A DNA stretch of 11,138 nucleotides, taken from a virus. Lineage: Duplodnaviria > Heunggongvirae > Uroviricota > Caudoviricetes. This document shows, in pieces, positions 8,075-11,138 of this stretch (position 1 is the first letter of the stretch; every line of letters starts with the position of its first letter). The notes below the pieces were generated by a model. The model ran no database searches. It was not told the origin of the DNA and was given only the letters and a program-made list of their open reading frames with translations. The stretch lies in the IMG/VR virus record IMGVR_UViG_2617270964_000013; one strand, 5' to 3'. Made by a program: the position numbers and the translations under genes.

Positions 8075-8231
8075 AGCTTCAGCCCCTTGTATCCGTTAAA
8101 TGATTCGGCAACAATCATCACCCACCACGCGCGTAATCTCACCCCTGCGCCATTCTCCCGCCACGGCGACAACAAAAAGCAGTAACCCCCTCCGCACGCA
8201 CATGCGACCATGCCACACAGGGAGGGAGCAG
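8075..8231. promoter_or_regulatory. Divergent intergenic region between the FI operon and gpD; presumed late promoters
   Basis: 157 bp between two divergent start codons. No canonical Ogr box TGT-N12-ACA was found by eye, so this is inferred from position only. Confidence 0.3.
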
Positions 8232-9329
8232 ATGACCGACACCACCATGCAATTGCTCAGTCAGGGCACAGACCCCGTGAAAATGCCGGATTTTGATATT
8301 CTCGCGGAGGGTAAAACGCTGTCAGGCGTGGCAGAGCGCCTGATGAGCCTGTCACTGACCGACAACCGGGGATTTGAGGCGGACCAGCTCACCATCACGC
8401 TGGATGATGCGGATGGTCAGTTGCAGCTACCGCCACGGGGCGCGCGCCTGACGGTTCTCATTGGCTGGAAAGGAGAACCGCTGACAGAAAAAGGCACTTA
8501 CATTGTTGATGAAATCGCTCACGAAGGACCGCCGGACAGGCTGACTGTTTCAGCCAGAAGCGCAGATTTTCGGGATGAATTTAACGTTAAACGTGAGGTG
8601 TCCTGGCATGATGTGACCGTTGAGCGTGTGGTATCCGCCATCGCTCATCGGTACGGTCTGAAACCGCAAATCAGCGAAATGCTGATGGATATCGAAATCG
8701 ACCACGCCGACCAGACCGAAGAAAGCGACATGTCCTTCCTTACGCGCATGGCGGAAATGTTGGGCGCAATCACCACGGTAAAAAGCGGTAATCTGTTATT
8801 CATCATGCCAGGCGGTGGCGTGAACGCACAGGGCCAGCCGTTGCCATCGTTCGCCATCACGCGCAGCAGTGGCGATCGCCATCAGTTCCGCATTGCTGAC
8901 CGCGAAGCGTATACGGGGGTACGCGCTTACTGGCTTGATCTTAATTACGGGAAAAAGAAAAAAGTCAGCGTGAAACGCCGCAAACCGAAAAAGGAGAAAA
9001 GCAGCAGTCGGGAAGGCGATTATATGGAAGGTGCGGAAGGCAACGTGTTTGTGTTACGCAAGACTTATCAGAACGAGCAGGCAGCAAGACGTGCAGCAGC
9101 GGCAAAGTGGCAGCAGCTACAACGCGGAGCCGCATCATTCTCCATCACGCTGGCGCGTGGACGCGCAGAACTCTACCCCGAAATGCATGGCACGGTAACA
9201 GGATTTAAAAGCGAGATTGATAATCAGGACTGGATTATTGCAAAAGCCGAGCACACCATTGATAACAGCGGCTTTACCACACAGCTTGAGCTTGAAGCAA
9301 AAATCCCGGAATGGATAGCAGAAACATAG
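8232..9329 (+). CDS. P2 gpD-like tail protein (late control protein D family)
   Basis: Start chosen at the ATG at 8232 (MTDTTMQLL..), which has a GGAGGG RBS 6 nt upstream; the track's start at 8100 has no RBS and is probably an artefactual extension. About 365 aa with gpD-like character. Confidence 0.75.
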   Translation: MTDTTMQLLSQGTDPVKMPDFDILAEGKTLSGVAERLMSLSLTDNRGFEADQLTITLDDADGQLQLPPRGARLTVLIGWKGEPLTEKGTYIVDEIAHEGPPDRLTVSARSADFRDEFNVKREVSWHDVTVERVVSAIAHRYGLKPQISEMLMDIEIDHADQTEESDMSFLTRMAEMLGAITTVKSGNLLFIMPGGGVNAQGQPLPSFAITRSSGDRHQFRIADREAYTGVRAYWLDLNYGKKKKVSVKRRKPKKEKSSSREGDYMEGAEGNVFVLRKTYQNEQAARRAAAAKWQQLQRGAASFSITLARGRAELYPEMHGTVTGFKSEIDNQDWIIAKAEHTIDNSGFTTQLELEAKIPEWIAET

Positions 9330-9499
9330 TGAGTAATTTAGACGTATTGACCCAGACTCAAGCTGGCACACTTATCTCCAGATTTTAATCTAACAATTGG
9401 CTCTATGCTAAATAGTGAGTTGTTAGCTAGTAGCATATTCTTCTTGGCTCATTTAAATAGTGCTTATGCACATTGAAGAATTAATGGTTAAAAATGAAA

Positions 9500-9526
9500 C
9501 AGCCTCATACAGAGGCTGTGATTTTG
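9500..9526. terminator. Bidirectional intrinsic terminator between gpD and the cargo gene
   Basis: Stem CAGCCTC / GAGGCTG (7 bp) with loop ATACA, followed by TGATTTTG on the + strand and preceded by the complement of TTTCATTTTT on the - strand. Confidence 0.5.
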
Positions 9527-9545
9527 TATAATTGGAGCACAGGGA

Positions 9546-10370
9546 TTATTCTTGTTGAAAATGAAGAGAACACTCTATAGGTGATTCTTCATTAAACTGT
9601 TCAAATAGCTCAATCATACGATAACGGCTAATTCCCACTATTGTTCCATCTTTTTTAAAAGACAAACCAATTCCAGCCAAAAGAAATGTTGACTCCAGTT
9701 CTTTTTTTAATTCTTGCCCCTTAGAGAAAAAATACATTGCACCACCACTCATTCCCTCTGGAGAAGGGCCTTTACTTACCTGTCCTTTATATTTTAAATC
9801 TATATTCTTAACATTGTATGTTCCTGTTATTTCAATTTTATTGAATGTTTTAACCTCGGATATTATAGTGAAATACTTGGCATTTTTAAAAAACAGGCCA
9901 TCTTCGTTAGAAGCTACCGTTTGATTTACTATTGAACTAGGGCGTTTTGTTCTGTGAATTGTTTGTGTTTTGCACCAGTTTTTAGGGAAGCCTGTCCATG
10001 CAAAATGTTTCTTATCAAATCCAATAAAATTGAAATTATCTTTAAGCGAGAAATAATTTTTCCCATCAAGTATCATATTAAAGCAATCGACAATGACTAA
10101 ATCATCTTCTTCAAAAATTCGATGTCCTATAGAGATACTAGTCAAAGCAAAAAATTCACCATCAGAACCCAGTATGTAAATATTTCTGATGTCATCTTTA
10201 TCCCTCAGAGCATGAGCAGCAAAAACCACATAGTGTGATTGCTTGTAATATATAAACGTTCCAGTCGATGAATAATTATAATCGCCTAGTTCATTTCGTA
10301 TGTAGAGCGGAATAACAAATTTTTGTGATTGTCTATCATAACTATCAGATTGATATTTAAAGTCAGTCAT
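9546..10370 (-). CDS. Predicted cytoplasmic trypsin-fold (S1/Trypsin_2-like) serine peptidase; AT-rich cargo gene of unknown role
   Basis: 274 aa. Motifs in canonical order: GTFIYY..HYVVFAAHAL (His53, TAAHC-like), EEDDLVIVD (Asp90, D-I-A-L-L-like), PEGMSGGAMYF (Ser208, GDSGG-like), then GTIVGI. The N-terminus is hydrophilic with no signal-peptide-like stretch. Only long ORF in the island. Confidence 0.6.
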   Translation of the reverse strand: MTDFKYQSDSYDRQSQKFVIPLYIRNELGDYNYSSTGTFIYYKQSHYVVFAAHALRDKDDIRNIYILGSDGEFFALTSISIGHRIFEEDDLVIVDCFNMILDGKNYFSLKDNFNFIGFDKKHFAWTGFPKNWCKTQTIHRTKRPSSIVNQTVASNEDGLFFKNAKYFTIISEVKTFNKIEITGTYNVKNIDLKYKGQVSKGPSPEGMSGGAMYFFSKGQELKKELESTFLLAGIGLSFKKDGTIVGISRYRMIELFEQFNEESPIECSLHFQQE

Positions 10371-10546
10371 TTTTTATCCATTTCCAGATGAAAGAATAAT
10401 TTCTGCTTGTTTTAATTGATAACCACAGTTTCTACCGTGCACTAATACACAGATATGCATCATAACATCGTTCAAAGCAGGCTGTTAGTTGGAATCTCAA
10501 CTTATACAACTTAGAATAGCGGCAGCACCACGTTAGGGAGGTCGCT

Positions 10547-10807
10547 ATGTTCCGTTGTCCGCTTTGTGGCGCATCTGCCCGCATCCGCACCAGTCGTCCG
10601 GAAAATGATTCAAACACTGTGCGGCAAAAGTATTACCAGTGTAACAACCTGGAATGCGGCGTATGCTTCTCAACACTGGAAGCTTTCCATAAATTCACAT
10701 CGAAACACGCCTCCGGCGTTCACTCTTCAGAAGGTATCCCGTGGCATGAGCTGCCAGCTTCACACAGGGGAAACAATCAGATGAGCTTGCCTTTACCTCA
10801 GAATTAA
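10547..10807 (+). CDS. ogr: Ogr/Delta-family zinc-finger late-gene transcriptional activator
   Basis: Starts MFRCPLCGASARIRTSR...YYQCNNLECGVCF, with Cys at positions 4, 7, 32 and 37 as in P2 Ogr. AGGGAGG RBS 5 nt upstream. Found after gpD as in P2, though separated from it by the cargo island. Confidence 0.85.
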   Translation: MFRCPLCGASARIRTSRPENDSNTVRQKYYQCNNLECGVCFSTLEAFHKFTSKHASGVHSSEGIPWHELPASHRGNNQMSLPLPQN

Positions 10808-10867
10808 CAGGCAGAATTGCCGGAGTAACAAAAAAGCGATAGATTACGCGCGGGTGCCTTTCGGCTG

Positions 10868-11131
10868 ATGGTCGGAGGGAATACCCGAAGGCCAGATGTG
10901 GAAAGGCCCCGGAAAACATACCTGTTTAACCGAGGCCCTAACCGCATTACCTTGACAAGTGAAAGGTTAGCGCCTCTCCAGAAAAGGAGCAAGTGCTATG
11001 TCGCAAAAATCGCTTACGGCCATCACGTTCTGCGTGACGGCAATCCTCATCATCTGGATGCTGCACGGTTCACTGTGCGAAATACGGATGAGCTTCTGGG
11101 GAGCGGAGTTTGCGGCGTTCTTACAGTGTAA
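10868..11131 (+). CDS. Possible Mok-like overlapping reading frame (translational coupling frame for the hok-like gene)
   Basis: 87-codon ORF in another frame, starting upstream of and overlapping nearly all of the hok-like ORF, as mok overlaps hok. No clear RBS and no recognisable protein features. Confidence 0.25.
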   Translation: MVGGNTRRPDVERPRKTYLFNRGPNRITLTSERLAPLQKRSKCYVAKIAYGHHVLRDGNPHHLDAARFTVRNTDELLGSGVCGVLTV

Positions 11132-11138
11132 GCAGTAA
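10998..11138 (+). CDS. Hok/Gef-family-like type I toxin (small membrane peptide)
   Basis: 46 aa MSQKSLTAITFCVTAILIIWMLHGSLCEIRMSFWGAEFAAFLQCKQ. It has a hydrophobic transmembrane stretch and SLCEIR plus E-x-AAF blocks resembling Hok (KSLCEIRYRDGHREVAAF). GGAG RBS 8 nt upstream. The stop codon is the last 3 bases of the window. Confidence 0.5.
   Translation: MSQKSLTAITFCVTAILIIWMLHGSLCEIRMSFWGAEFAAFLQCKQ

Larger units (their letters stand above)
9330..10520. other. AT-rich insertion (moron/cargo island) between gpD and ogr
   Basis: Composition shifts abruptly to A/T-rich right after the D stop and returns to flanking composition just before ogr. By eye it is about one-third G+C against more than half in the tail genes; this was not computed. 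Confidence 0.7.

Noticed and set aside
7023-8185. ORFs overlapping the sheath gene (7023..7229 +, 7245..7451 +, 7588..7770 +, 7775..8185 +, 7141..7482 -)
   Set aside because: All are nested within or antisense to the FI coding sequence, with no independent start signals and no recognisable protein features.
8100-8231. N-terminal extension of the gpD ORF from the ATG at 8100
   Set aside because: The extension is Pro/Thr/Ser/Arg-rich, falls in the divergent promoter region, and has no RBS, whereas the internal ATG at 8232 has a strong GGAGGG RBS.
8075-8231. Canonical Ogr-dependent late promoter box (TGT-N12-ACA) upstream of FI or D
   Set aside because: By eye only one TGT (8087-8089) is present and no ACA lies 12 bp downstream, so no specific promoter element is claimed.
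10432-10617. 61-aa - strand ORF overlapping the ogr start
   Set aside because: It overlaps the well-supported ogr gene and its RBS and has no recognisable features; probably spurious.
1-11138. CRISPR arrays, tRNA or rRNA genes, IS elements
   Set aside because: No spaced direct repeats, no cloverleaf-compatible tRNA-like segment, and no transposase-like ORF or terminal inverted repeats were seen in either strand.

Overview
This window reads as the tail-module end of a P2-like (myovirus) prophage or tailocin from an enterobacterium; all protein identities are from reading the translations by eye, no search was run. From left to right: (i) an invertible tail-fibre host-range switch, with the 3' part of a tail-fibre gene and its assembly chaperone on the + strand, an alternative chaperone and promoterless alternative fibre C-terminal cassette on the - strand, and a Gin/Pin/Cin/Hin-family serine invertase; (ii) a complete contractile-tail operon on the - strand (sheath FI, tube FII, chaperone E with a recognisable -1 frameshift site giving E+E', tape measure T, gpU); (iii) a divergently transcribed gpD-like gene; (iv) a sharply AT-rich single-gene insertion encoding a predicted cytoplasmic trypsin-fold serine peptidase; (v) an Ogr/Delta-type zinc-finger late activator; (vi) a Hok/Gef-like type I toxin ORF ending exactly at the window edge. 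The most likely undescribed element is the AT-rich protease cargo between gpD and ogr; the Hok-like locus and the unusual orientation of the FI-U block relative to H/G and D also deserve a second look. No tRNA, rRNA or CRISPR array was seen.
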